25,640 bases of DNA. Source: a virus. Its lineage: Duplodnaviria; Caudoviricetes. The stretch lies in the IMG/VR virus record IMGVR_UViG_3300025600_000044, positions 1-25,640 of that record, one strand, 5' to 3'. The notes under the pieces were generated by a model, which was not told the DNA's origin, did no database searches, and saw only the letters and a list, made by a program, of their open reading frames with translations. The position numbers and the translations under genes are program-made. Positions within the stretch are counted from its first letter, which is position 1, and the number at the start of each line of letters is the position of its first letter. Below are positions 7,428-15,325 of this stretch, in pieces.

Positions 7428-8876
7428 ATGGAGTTTATAAATAATATCAACACACTAACAATCCCTGAGTTAATCAAAATCTATATAGACGAATTTGATT
7501 CATCCGGGGACCGCAAAATGATGATGAAAGGCGAACGTTACTATAAGGTTGACAACGACATCCAGGACCGCAAGATGCTGCGATATGAAAATGGCACATG
7601 GGTTAATGATGAAGTCAAAACGAATCACCGCCTGGCACATGGATTCATGCATAATTTGGTTGATGATAAGGTTAATTACTTATTATCGAAGCCATGGACG
7701 TTGGAATGCAAGAATGTTCCGTATCTTGCTAAAGTTAATAAATTGTTAGGCAAACGTTTCCAGAATAAAGTATCTAAGCTCGGTACGGAGACAAGTAATA
7801 AGGGTATCGCCTGGTTATATTGTTATGTTGATGTAAAGGGTGTATTCAAGACGATGCGGATCCGCTCCGAAGAATGTATTCCCCTATGGGTTGATAACGA
7901 CCATGAAGAACTGCAGGCCATGATCAGACATTATGATGTTGAAGTATATGAGGGTAAGACTAAAAAGATTATCACGAAAGTAGAATATCATACTCCGGAG
8001 GGCGTTTCTTATTTCCTTCTGGCTGACGGCACAAGCGGATTGGTTATACTTGATGCAGAAATGTATTTAGATGTAGCAGATGAAAGTAACGATATCCTTC
8101 CTCACTTCACCATCAACAATGAGCCGGGTGCATGGGATAAGGTTCCTTTTGTTCCGTTTAAAAATAATGACTTCGAGCTTCCGGATCTGCAGTTTGTCAA
8201 AACGATAGTTGATGATTATGATTTAACCCGATCAGATGTATCTAATATGCTGACCGACATCAAAAACGCAGTCACCAAGCTGAAAGGCTACAATGGCGAA
8301 GATAAAGAACAATTCATGAAAGACATGGCCTATTATCAGATGATCCTATTGGATGATGATGGTGATGCCGAAGTAATGACTTCTAATATCAATATTGATG
8401 CTGCAGAGAAACACTGGCAGGCTGACAAGAAAGATATATTCGACTTCGGCCAAGGAGTTGACAAGAACCAAGATAAAATTGGCAACGAAGCCTCAGGGGT
8501 TGCGTTAAAGTTTATGTATTCGGGATTAGATTTAAAGTGTAATCCAATGGAAGAAAACTTCAAGTGGGCGTTCGAGCAGCTGCTGTATTTTGTTGATAAA
8601 TATATTGAGGTTACGCATGATGGAGTGAAGGTTGATGAAGTCGAGGTTGTGTTTAATAGGGATATCGCAATAAATGAATCACAGACAATTACAGACTGCC
8701 AGAACAGCAAGGGTGTCATTTCCGATGCAACTATCATTAGCAATCACCCTTGGGTTGATGATGTTTCAAAGGAGCAAGCTCAGATCAAGAAAGAAACGGC
8801 TGCCGAAGAAGATAGTATTATTCAGCAGAATGCAGCGGATACGGAGGCGAATAAAAATGATGTCGTTAACTTGTAA
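7428..8876 (+). CDS. Portal protein, SPP1 gp6-like
   Basis: VPFVPFKNN, DDYD, GNEASGVALKFMY motifs; follows terL. Confidence 0.95.
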   Translation: MEFINNINTLTIPELIKIYIDEFDSSGDRKMMMKGERYYKVDNDIQDRKMLRYENGTWVNDEVKTNHRLAHGFMHNLVDDKVNYLLSKPWTLECKNVPYLAKVNKLLGKRFQNKVSKLGTETSNKGIAWLYCYVDVKGVFKTMRIRSEECIPLWVDNDHEELQAMIRHYDVEVYEGKTKKIITKVEYHTPEGVSYFLLADGTSGLVILDAEMYLDVADESNDILPHFTINNEPGAWDKVPFVPFKNNDFELPDLQFVKTIVDDYDLTRSDVSNMLTDIKNAVTKLKGYNGEDKEQFMKDMAYYQMILLDDDGDAEVMTSNINIDAAEKHWQADKKDIFDFGQGVDKNQDKIGNEASGVALKFMYSGLDLKCNPMEENFKWAFEQLLYFVDKYIEVTHDGVKVDEVEVVFNRDIAINESQTITDCQNSKGVISDATIISNHPWVDDVSKEQAQIKKETAAEEDSIIQQNAADTEANKNDVVNL

Positions 8877-9102
8877 CAAAAAGGCTTATCCACAATTCAA
8901 AGAAGAATGTGATAAATGTCCAATGAAGACAGAATGCGTTGATAATGGGAAGTCGGTAGCTGTTGGATTAATGGAGTTACGCCCGATCAATGTTACTCTG
9001 AGTTTCGGAGCAAATATTAATAACGATGTATCTGTGGATGCGATAGCAGATAAATTATCAAAGATACTTAATAAGCAGATTCAGCCCTTTGAAAGCAAGT
9101 AG
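8857..9102 (+). CDS. ~81-aa Cys-rich protein with a tape-measure-like C-terminus
   Basis: GGAGG SD at 8843-8847 supports ATG 8857 or 8860 rather than 8674; C-x11-C-x2-C-x5-C. Confidence 0.7.
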   Translation: MMSLTCNKKAYPQFKEECDKCPMKTECVDNGKSVAVGLMELRPINVTLSFGANINNDVSVDAIADKLSKILNKQIQPFESK

Positions 9103-9112
9103 GTGATTAGTC

Positions 9113-10864
9113 ATGTCAGAGACAAGTAATAAATATTGGATTAAGCGCCAAGAAGCGAAGTACCTAGCCGGTGAGAAAAAGGTCAATGATTATTATATTG
9201 GTTTGAAGAAATCCTTCGAGCAGTCCAAACGTGAGATTGAAAAATCAATCAATGACTTTGTAATGCGTTACGGCAAAGAAAACAACTCCCCTTCGTATGC
9301 TTCGGCGCTACGCAACCTCAATAGAACCGAAATAGGAGATCTCCAAGCCTTTATCGACAAGGCAAATGAGCACATGGGAGAATATGACCAAGAGTTAAAC
9401 AACATGAGTTACAAGGCAAGGGTGACACGATACCAGGCATTACAATTACAGATAGATGCCCAACTCCAACAGTTATATGCGATTGACTATCAGGCCAAGA
9501 GTGAGGATCTGTTAAAAGAATTATACTCCGACAGCTACTACACAACATGGTACAATTCAGATATCTATAAAGGGTTCCATTCTGAGTTCGCACAGATTAA
9601 CGCACAGACGGTATCGGGGTTGATAGCATATCCTTTCAGTGGTGCTGACTTCTCAACCAGGTTGTGGAAACAGAAAGATTATATGTTGCAGATTCTAAAC
9701 GAATCAGTAACGACTATGCTGGTCCAGGGCAAGAATCCAATAACACTATCACAAGACTTCTCTAAGAAATTTGCTACAAAAGAATATGAAGCCTATCGGT
9801 TACTGCATACAGAAAGCTCCTTTATCATGGAGCAGGGAACGCAGGCAGCATATACAGAGGATGGAGTTGAGAAGTATCAATGGCTAGCTACACTGGATAT
9901 AAATACTTGTGAAGACTGCCGAGCCTTAGATGGTGAAACCTTTGAAGTTGGAAAAGGGGTTCTTGGAGTAAATATTCCACCTCTGCACTGTTTTGACAGA
10001 TGTACGACCGTACCATATTATGATGATCAGGATTTATCGGAGGAGACCAGAATAGCGAGAGATTCGGTTACGGGTAAGAATTATTCGGTACCTGCAGACA
10101 TGACATATAAGGATTGGCATGACAAATACATAGTGGGTAATCCAGAAGCAATGCTTGCAGAAAAGAAATTAAAGAATGTATCTGCAGATAAGCAACAATA
10201 TGATAATTATAAAGAGCTACTGGGGACGGATTATATTTCAAAATCATTTGATGAATTTCAGACTATCAAATATGGCAGTGGTGACAAGTATGGTATTATC
10301 AAGGCTCAAGCGAAGGGAATGGGGTACTACAATAAAGCTATTATAAATGAGCCGGAAATATCGAATATTGTAAAGAACGTATCCAAATCAACTGATATGA
10401 AAACTCTTGGATTTGAAAAAAGAATCAAAACCAAAAAAAGTTTTCTTGAAAAGATTGAGAAAAATTACAATCCTTCAGGGAATGAGTATGAAGTTAAGGA
10501 TATTGTCCGATATACTCTTGGTTTAGACGTTGATAATCTTTCTGACAAGACATTGCAAGCCATTGATAATTTTGCAAAAGAGGGTTATAATACAGTTGCA
10601 ATTAAAAATACATGGAAACCCTACAGCTCATACAAGGGAATTAATACATCTTTAGTAGCACCTAGTGGCCAAGTATTTGAGATGCAATACCATACGCAAG
10701 AAAGCTTTGACCTGAAAAACGGAGAACTGCATTCTTTATACGAGAAACAAAGGTTAATTAAAGATGATGAGTCAGACGAATATTTAGAACTCGAAGATAA
10801 GATGATAACTCTCTCTGATAAGCTTACAACGCCAAAGGACATAGGAAGGGTGAAAAATAAGTGA
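9113..10864 (+). CDS. MuF (SPP1 gp7-like) minor head protein with C-terminal RelA/SpoT-like, Apk2-type toxin domain
   Basis: MuF motifs YW..RQ, ATLDINTCEDCRALDG, PPLHCFDRCTT; C-terminal RIKTKKS, DIVRYT, YKGIN, FEMQYHT, LHSLYEK. Confidence 0.88.
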   Translation: MSETSNKYWIKRQEAKYLAGEKKVNDYYIGLKKSFEQSKREIEKSINDFVMRYGKENNSPSYASALRNLNRTEIGDLQAFIDKANEHMGEYDQELNNMSYKARVTRYQALQLQIDAQLQQLYAIDYQAKSEDLLKELYSDSYYTTWYNSDIYKGFHSEFAQINAQTVSGLIAYPFSGADFSTRLWKQKDYMLQILNESVTTMLVQGKNPITLSQDFSKKFATKEYEAYRLLHTESSFIMEQGTQAAYTEDGVEKYQWLATLDINTCEDCRALDGETFEVGKGVLGVNIPPLHCFDRCTTVPYYDDQDLSEETRIARDSVTGKNYSVPADMTYKDWHDKYIVGNPEAMLAEKKLKNVSADKQQYDNYKELLGTDYISKSFDEFQTIKYGSGDKYGIIKAQAKGMGYYNKAIINEPEISNIVKNVSKSTDMKTLGFEKRIKTKKSFLEKIEKNYNPSGNEYEVKDIVRYTLGLDVDNLSDKTLQAIDNFAKEGYNTVAIKNTWKPYSSYKGINTSLVAPSGQVFEMQYHTQESFDLKNGELHSLYEKQRLIKDDESDEYLELEDKMITLSDKLTTPKDIGRVKNK

Positions 10865-11064
10865 CATATTACAAATTAAATGATTATGATAACCGGGGAA
10901 CAGTTGTTAAATCTGAAGAAGGCAAGAGCTTTAAGTATGACAAGAGCAGAGGTTGGGTAAGAACTGGGCTCATGTCACAATATATGTTTCCTGAAAGCCC
11001 GGTATACGGTTCTTATGATGAAGTATCAGAAGCGGAAGCAAATAATTTAATAGCAGCAATGTAA
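10861..11064 (+). CDS. Probable immunity protein for the MuF toxin (IapK-like)
   Basis: 67 aa, starts at the toxin stop; aromatic-rich with terminal YDEVSEAEANNLI; terminator follows. Confidence 0.7.
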   Translation: MTYYKLNDYDNRGTVVKSEEGKSFKYDKSRGWVRTGLMSQYMFPESPVYGSYDEVSEAEANNLIAAM

Positions 11065-11066
11065 TA

Positions 11067-11098
11067 ACCATCTATCATAACGGTAGGTGGTATTTTTA
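11067..11098 (+). terminator. Intrinsic terminator after the toxin-immunity pair
   Basis: ACCATCTATC-ATAAC-GGTAGGTGGT followed by ATTTTT. Confidence 0.75.
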
Positions 11099-11122
11099 TA
11101 CTCAAAAACAGGAGGAAAAGTA

Positions 11123-11446
11123 TTGAAAATTAATATTTTGGGTACTGATTATACCGTGAAAACGCAGACAGAAGCGACTGATAAATATTTAATTGGTCGT
11201 GATGGGTACTGCGATAAAACGACCAAAGAGATTGTGATTGATGAATTTAAAGAAACTGATATCACAGTCAAAAACTTAAAATGCTATTCAAAAACAGTAT
11301 TACGCCATGAGATTATTCATGCTTTTCTGACGGAAAGTGGACTAGATTCCGAATCTTGGGCAAAGAATGAGGAGATGGTAGATTGGATAGCATTACAGTT
11401 TCCTAAGATGCTCATAGCATTCAAGAAAGCAGAGTGTGTTAGTTAA
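11123..11446 (+). CDS. Small HExxH metallopeptidase-like phage protein
   Basis: GGAGG SD then TTG 11123; LRHEIIHAFL...NEEMVD. Confidence 0.8.
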   Translation: MKINILGTDYTVKTQTEATDKYLIGRDGYCDKTTKEIVIDEFKETDITVKNLKCYSKTVLRHEIIHAFLTESGLDSESWAKNEEMVDWIALQFPKMLIAFKKAECVS

Positions 11447-11490
11447 AATAGAAAGTACCCATAGCTACACCGCCATAGGTACCTTCTGTT
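11447..11490. terminator. Hairpin between convergent genes; probable terminator, best U-tract on - strand
   Basis: AATAGAAAGTACC (11447-11459) pairs with GGTACCTTCTGTT (11478-11490). Confidence 0.6.
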
Positions 11491-11493
11491 CGA

Positions 11494-11661
11494 TTATTTT
11501 TCTTTTCGAATACCTTTAAAAGCTGTGTCACTGGATGTCTTTTGATCTATAAACTTACCCGTGTTATCATCACGTTTTACCCAATTTCCATTGGGGGCTT
11601 GTATTTGTGAACGATCATTAACAGCGCCAATCCGATGATTATTTCCAGTGTTTTTTGCCAT
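11494..11661 (-). CDS. 55-aa basic protein, moron (not in ORF track)
   Basis: SD GAGGTGGTG; MAKNTGNNHRIGAVNDRSQIQAPNGNWVKRDDNTGKFIDQKTSSDTAFKGIRKEK*. Confidence 0.85.
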   Translation of the reverse strand: MAKNTGNNHRIGAVNDRSQIQAPNGNWVKRDDNTGKFIDQKTSSDTAFKGIRKEK

Positions 11662-11711
11662 ATGTATCACCACCTCTCTTTTTGTATATTTCAGTACTAG
11701 CTGATATATAG

Positions 11712-11720
11712 ATTATATCA
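11712..11720 (-). promoter_or_regulatory. Extended -10 promoter of the moron
   Basis: Minus strand TG-A-TATAAT about 50 nt upstream of the ATG. Confidence 0.7.
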
Positions 11721-11802
11721 TTATTGGTGATATAGTTTAATGGGTAGCTATGCCGAATTTTACTATTAAAAAGGAGGTTCTTCAGCTTTATATCTCTTAA
11801 GC

Positions 11803-11830
11803 AGACGTTGAGTTAAACGTCTTATTTTAT
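11803..11830 (+). terminator. Terminator-like hairpin before the scaffold leader
   Basis: AGACGTT-GAGTTA-AACGTCT followed by TATTTTAT. Confidence 0.65.
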
Positions 11831-11927
11831 TGTCCGAAACGACACAAAACTACATCACTCAGCCGGAGAATAACGGTAGAATCCCACACCGAGAGAGTCG
11901 GAATAAAAATCTATGGAGGAATAGAAT
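11831..11927 (+). promoter_or_regulatory. Structured 5' leader of the scaffold gene
   Basis: Three short hairpins (11831-11844, 11862-11877, 11889-11901) with A-rich linkers before the GGAGG SD. Confidence 0.45.
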
Positions 11928-12545
11928 ATGGAATGGTTAAAAGAATTATTATCAAAGGCAATCATTAAAGACGGAGTTATTGATATGGACGCACTAATGA
12001 AATCCATCAATGCAGAATTCCCGAAGAACGCAGTACCGAAGAGTGATTTCAATTCGCTCAACGATACCAAGAAAGACCTAGAGCAGCAGATCAAAGATAG
12101 AGACAAACAGCTCAAAGACCTTGGAGAGAAAGTCAAAGGTAATGAAGATGCTGAGAAGACTATCAAGCAGTTACAGGAGGATAATCAGAAAGTTAAGGAT
12201 GACTATTCCGCTAAGCTGAAAGAGATTAAGATTGATGCTGCAATCCAGGAAGAGGTCAAAGAAACTAAACACCCTAAATTGATTACTAAGGCATACGACA
12301 AGGCAAAGATAACTGTTTCAGATGATGGCACTATCCTGGGCCTCAAAGAACAAACAGCCGTAATCAAAGAGGAATATAAGGATGAGTTCACTCCCGATGT
12401 TAAGGGTGGCAATCCCTACAACAAAGAGAAAAATCCAAGTGGTATTAAAAATCCTTGGAGCAAGGAACACTTTAACCTTACGGAGCAGGGAAAGCTTTTT
12501 AAGGAAAACCCAGCACTGGCCACACAGCTTCAGGCTAGCGTGTAA
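11928..12545 (+). CDS. Capsid scaffolding protein (Phage_GP20-like)
   Basis: VPKSDFNSLN...QIKDRDKQLKDL coiled coil; KNPWSKEHFNLTEQG tail; precedes the capsid gene. Confidence 0.9.
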   Translation: MEWLKELLSKAIIKDGVIDMDALMKSINAEFPKNAVPKSDFNSLNDTKKDLEQQIKDRDKQLKDLGEKVKGNEDAEKTIKQLQEDNQKVKDDYSAKLKEIKIDAAIQEEVKETKHPKLITKAYDKAKITVSDDGTILGLKEQTAVIKEEYKDEFTPDVKGGNPYNKEKNPSGIKNPWSKEHFNLTEQGKLFKENPALATQLQASV

Positions 12546-12587
12546 CTATTAACCAATAAGAAAATAGAAAGAAAGAGGTAATTCAAA

Positions 12588-13541
12588 ATGGCAATTACAA
12601 GAATAGCAGACGTAATCGTTCCTGCAGTGTTTAATCCTTATGTTATCCAGAAAACCGCAGAGTTATCTGCATTGTCACAGGCTGGTATTATATCAAACAC
12701 TCCTGAGCTTGATGCGTTAGCATCTGCAGGTGGTAAATTAATTAACATGCCATTCTGGAACGACTTAACCGGAGCTGATGAAGTGCTGTCCGATACGGGA
12801 GCATTAACACCTGAGAAGATCACAGCAGAACAAGATGTTGCAGCTCTCTATATGAGAGGTAAAGCATGGTCAACCAACGATTTAGCAAAAGCTTTATCTG
12901 GTTCTGATCCAATGGCAGCAATCGGTGATTTAGTGGCGGAGTATTGGGCAAGACGTAGACAAGCTCTTATGTTTTCTCAGTTAAAGGGAGTGTTTGCAAG
13001 TGCAACTATGGCAACAAACTTATTAGATGTATCCGCATTAGCTGGAGCATTGGCAACCATGACTGGTAACTCCTTTATTGATGCAATGACATTGTTAGGC
13101 GATGCAGCTGGCAAGATTACAGCAGTAGGTATGCATTCAGCGGTATATGCATCTTTACAGAAGCAGAACTTGATTGTATATATTCCGAACTCCCAAGGTG
13201 TTGTTGATATCCCTACATACATGGGTAAGCGAGTAATCGTTGATGATGGTAGTCCTGTAACAACGGGAGTTTATTCCACTTACTTGTTTGGTGAGGGTGC
13301 TATCGGTTTAGGCAATGGATCTGCTCCGGTTCCGACTGAGACAGATCGTGATTCCTTGGCTGGTGATGATATCCTTATTAACAGACAGCACTTTGTACTT
13401 CATCCTAGAGGTATTAAGTTCAACAATGCATCTGTAGCTGGATCCTCACCGACAAACGCTGAGGCAGAAACAGCTGCTAACTGGACTAAGGTTTACGAGA
13501 CGAAGAACATCCGTATAATCAAATTTGTTCATAAGATCTAA
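12588..13541 (+). CDS. Major capsid protein
   Basis: TRIADVIVPAVFNPYV, NMPFWNDL, YMGKRVIVDD, ETDRD, HPRG motifs. Confidence 0.93.
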   Translation: MAITRIADVIVPAVFNPYVIQKTAELSALSQAGIISNTPELDALASAGGKLINMPFWNDLTGADEVLSDTGALTPEKITAEQDVAALYMRGKAWSTNDLAKALSGSDPMAAIGDLVAEYWARRRQALMFSQLKGVFASATMATNLLDVSALAGALATMTGNSFIDAMTLLGDAAGKITAVGMHSAVYASLQKQNLIVYIPNSQGVVDIPTYMGKRVIVDDGSPVTTGVYSTYLFGEGAIGLGNGSAPVPTETDRDSLAGDDILINRQHFVLHPRGIKFNNASVAGSSPTNAEAETAANWTKVYETKNIRIIKFVHKI

Positions 13542-13547
13542 TTAACC

Positions 13548-13580
13548 GAGGAGGCTTACATAGCTCCTCAATCTTTTTAT
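13548..13580 (+). terminator. Possible terminator after the capsid gene
   Basis: GAGGA(G)GCT-TACAT-AGCTCCTC followed by AATCTTTTT. Confidence 0.5.
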
Positions 13581-13595
13581 AGAGAGGTGATAAAA

Positions 13596-13784
13596 ATGAG
13601 TGCAACAGCATTTCAGAGATTAAGACGTGAGCAGTCGGCCAAAGAACAGCCGGAGGTCAAGGAAACAGAGGAAGGATCCTTAACTAATAAAGAATTAAAG
13701 GCCTTGCTTGACGAAAAAGGCATTGAATACGATGCCAAAGCAAATAAAGAAACATTAACCAAATTATTAAAGGGTGCTGAGTAA
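13596..13784 (+). CDS. Small HeH/Rho-N-like domain protein
   Basis: LTNKELKALLDEKGIEYDAKANKETLTKLL; SD favours ATG 13596. Confidence 0.8.
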   Translation: MSATAFQRLRREQSAKEQPEVKETEEGSLTNKELKALLDEKGIEYDAKANKETLTKLLKGAE

Positions 13785-13819
13785 CATCAGTGTCCTTTTT
13801 CGAAAGGGGCTGATAAGCA

Positions 13820-14158
13820 GTGACCAAGACAGAATTAATCGCATTAGTAAAATCCAATCTTGGGCCCGCCGGAGCAGGCAAGGATTTAATCATCGGTGAT
13901 GCTATCCAGGAGGCATTAAATTATTGCAACCTCGCAGAATTGCCCGAAGCCCTAGAACCTTATATCCGCAGGAAATCACAATCCATAATCAACTATGAAG
14001 CCGAGAACGGCACAACTTCCGTATTCGAAATCAAATCAATCAAAGAGGGAGATACCTCAATCACTTATAACGTAGACGAAAAGGTCTCCAAGGAAACAAT
14101 TTATGGGCTGTCTGATAAAGATAAGGCAACCTTGAAGGCTTTCCGGAGGACGCGCTGA
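13820..14158 (+). CDS. Head-tail adaptor (SPP1 gp15-like)
   Basis: LNYCNLAELPEAL, IKSIKEGDTSITY. Confidence 0.85.
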   Translation: MTKTELIALVKSNLGPAGAGKDLIIGDAIQEALNYCNLAELPEALEPYIRRKSQSIINYEAENGTTSVFEIKSIKEGDTSITYNVDEKVSKETIYGLSDKDKATLKAFRRTR

Positions 14159-14496
14159 TGGATGTATGCGAAAGATTATGGCGCGACAAAATGGATATTT
14201 ACCGGTGGGTGGAAACCACAGTTAACGAAGTCACCACGAACACGGAGCAGTTACAGTTACCAAGTGGAATCAAATGCCATTACAGTAAAGGGTCCTTGAC
14301 CGACACAGGCACGGATGGGATTCCTACGTTAGTTAACTCATATTCGTTATTCTGTTCCCTGAAAACGGATTTAAGAGAGGGTGACAAGATAGCGGTTACG
14401 CAGAGAAATGGTAAGACAATCAACTTAGCAGTCGGTGAGGGATTTCCTTATTCGAGCCACCAAGAATTCAGCGTGAAGCGAAGTGATACGGCTTGA
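14158..14496 (+). CDS. Head closure/stopper protein
   Basis: Synteny; LFCSLKTDLREGDKIAVTQ...YSSHQE. Confidence 0.75.
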   Translation: MDVCERLWRDKMDIYRWVETTVNEVTTNTEQLQLPSGIKCHYSKGSLTDTGTDGIPTLVNSYSLFCSLKTDLREGDKIAVTQRNGKTINLAVGEGFPYSSHQEFSVKRSDTA

Positions 14497-14906
14497 ATAA
14501 TTATCAGCATAACCGTGCAGAGATTGATAAGTACCGTAAGGAACTCAAGGCAATGGTTAAGGATATTTCGGCGATTGATGCAAGAATATTAACTATAGCC
14601 GTCAATAAGGGTATGGCATCAGCAAAGCGAAACACTCCAACCGTTACCCATTTCATGAAAGCCTCATGGGGAGTTACTCCTACGAAAACGACAAAACGAA
14701 AAGGTGCTGAAAAAAGCTTATACAATGGAGCTGATTATTCTTCCTTTGTTAATGATGGCCATCGTAAAGTAAATCAAGCCGGAGAAACAACAGGGTGGGT
14801 TCCAGGACAGCATCAATTAGAGACAGCGGAAAAAGCCGTAAGACGTTCCCTAAAACAAGAATTTGCCAAAGAGATAGAGAGGGTGAATAAGGCACATGGT
14901 AAGTAG
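14493..14906 (+). CDS. HK97 gp10-like neck/tail completion protein
   Basis: NTPT...SW...YSSFVNDGHR...GWVPG. Confidence 0.8.
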   Translation: MNNYQHNRAEIDKYRKELKAMVKDISAIDARILTIAVNKGMASAKRNTPTVTHFMKASWGVTPTKTTKRKGAEKSLYNGADYSSFVNDGHRKVNQAGETTGWVPGQHQLETAEKAVRRSLKQEFAKEIERVNKAHGK

Positions 14907-15309
14907 TATCAAATCAGCAATCGTACTTAAGCTAAAAGAGATGTTCCCTTTAATCACAAAGCGATATACAGATGATAATGTACCTCAAAATTTCACAAAG
15001 CCATCTTTCTTCGTCTCTGTAATTGACCAGGAATACAGCAAGCGAATCAACAATAAATACAAAGGCCTTGTCAGTTATGACGTGGCTTATTTTAGTGATA
15101 AAGGTACCGCAGATATAAAAAGCGACTGTCTGGCCATGCAGGAAATATTATTGCGTGGACTAGGAACGGTCGGAGCATTCCGAACCCTCGATAAGACAGC
15201 CCGGATAACGGATGACGTTCTGCATATAATGTTCAATGTGAGTTATTCGGAGATGATCTCCACCACAGAAACAAAGATGCAGACCCAAGAAACAAATATC
15301 AACAATTAA
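14896..15309 (+). CDS. Tail terminator protein
   Basis: VPQNFTKPSFFV, DDVLH; precedes the sheath gene. Confidence 0.75.
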   Translation: MVSSIKSAIVLKLKEMFPLITKRYTDDNVPQNFTKPSFFVSVIDQEYSKRINNKYKGLVSYDVAYFSDKGTADIKSDCLAMQEILLRGLGTVGAFRTLDKTARITDDVLHIMFNVSYSEMISTTETKMQTQETNINN

Positions 15310-15325
15310 AGGAAGAAGGTAAAAC

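Noticed and set aside
8674-8856. Upstream start of the 142-aa ORF 8674..9102
   Set aside because: Overlaps the portal gene; the strong SD supports 8857 or 8860.
11460-11472. TAGCTACACC resembling a preQ1-I riboswitch loop
   Set aside because: Lacks the P1 stem and A-rich tail; wrong genetic context.
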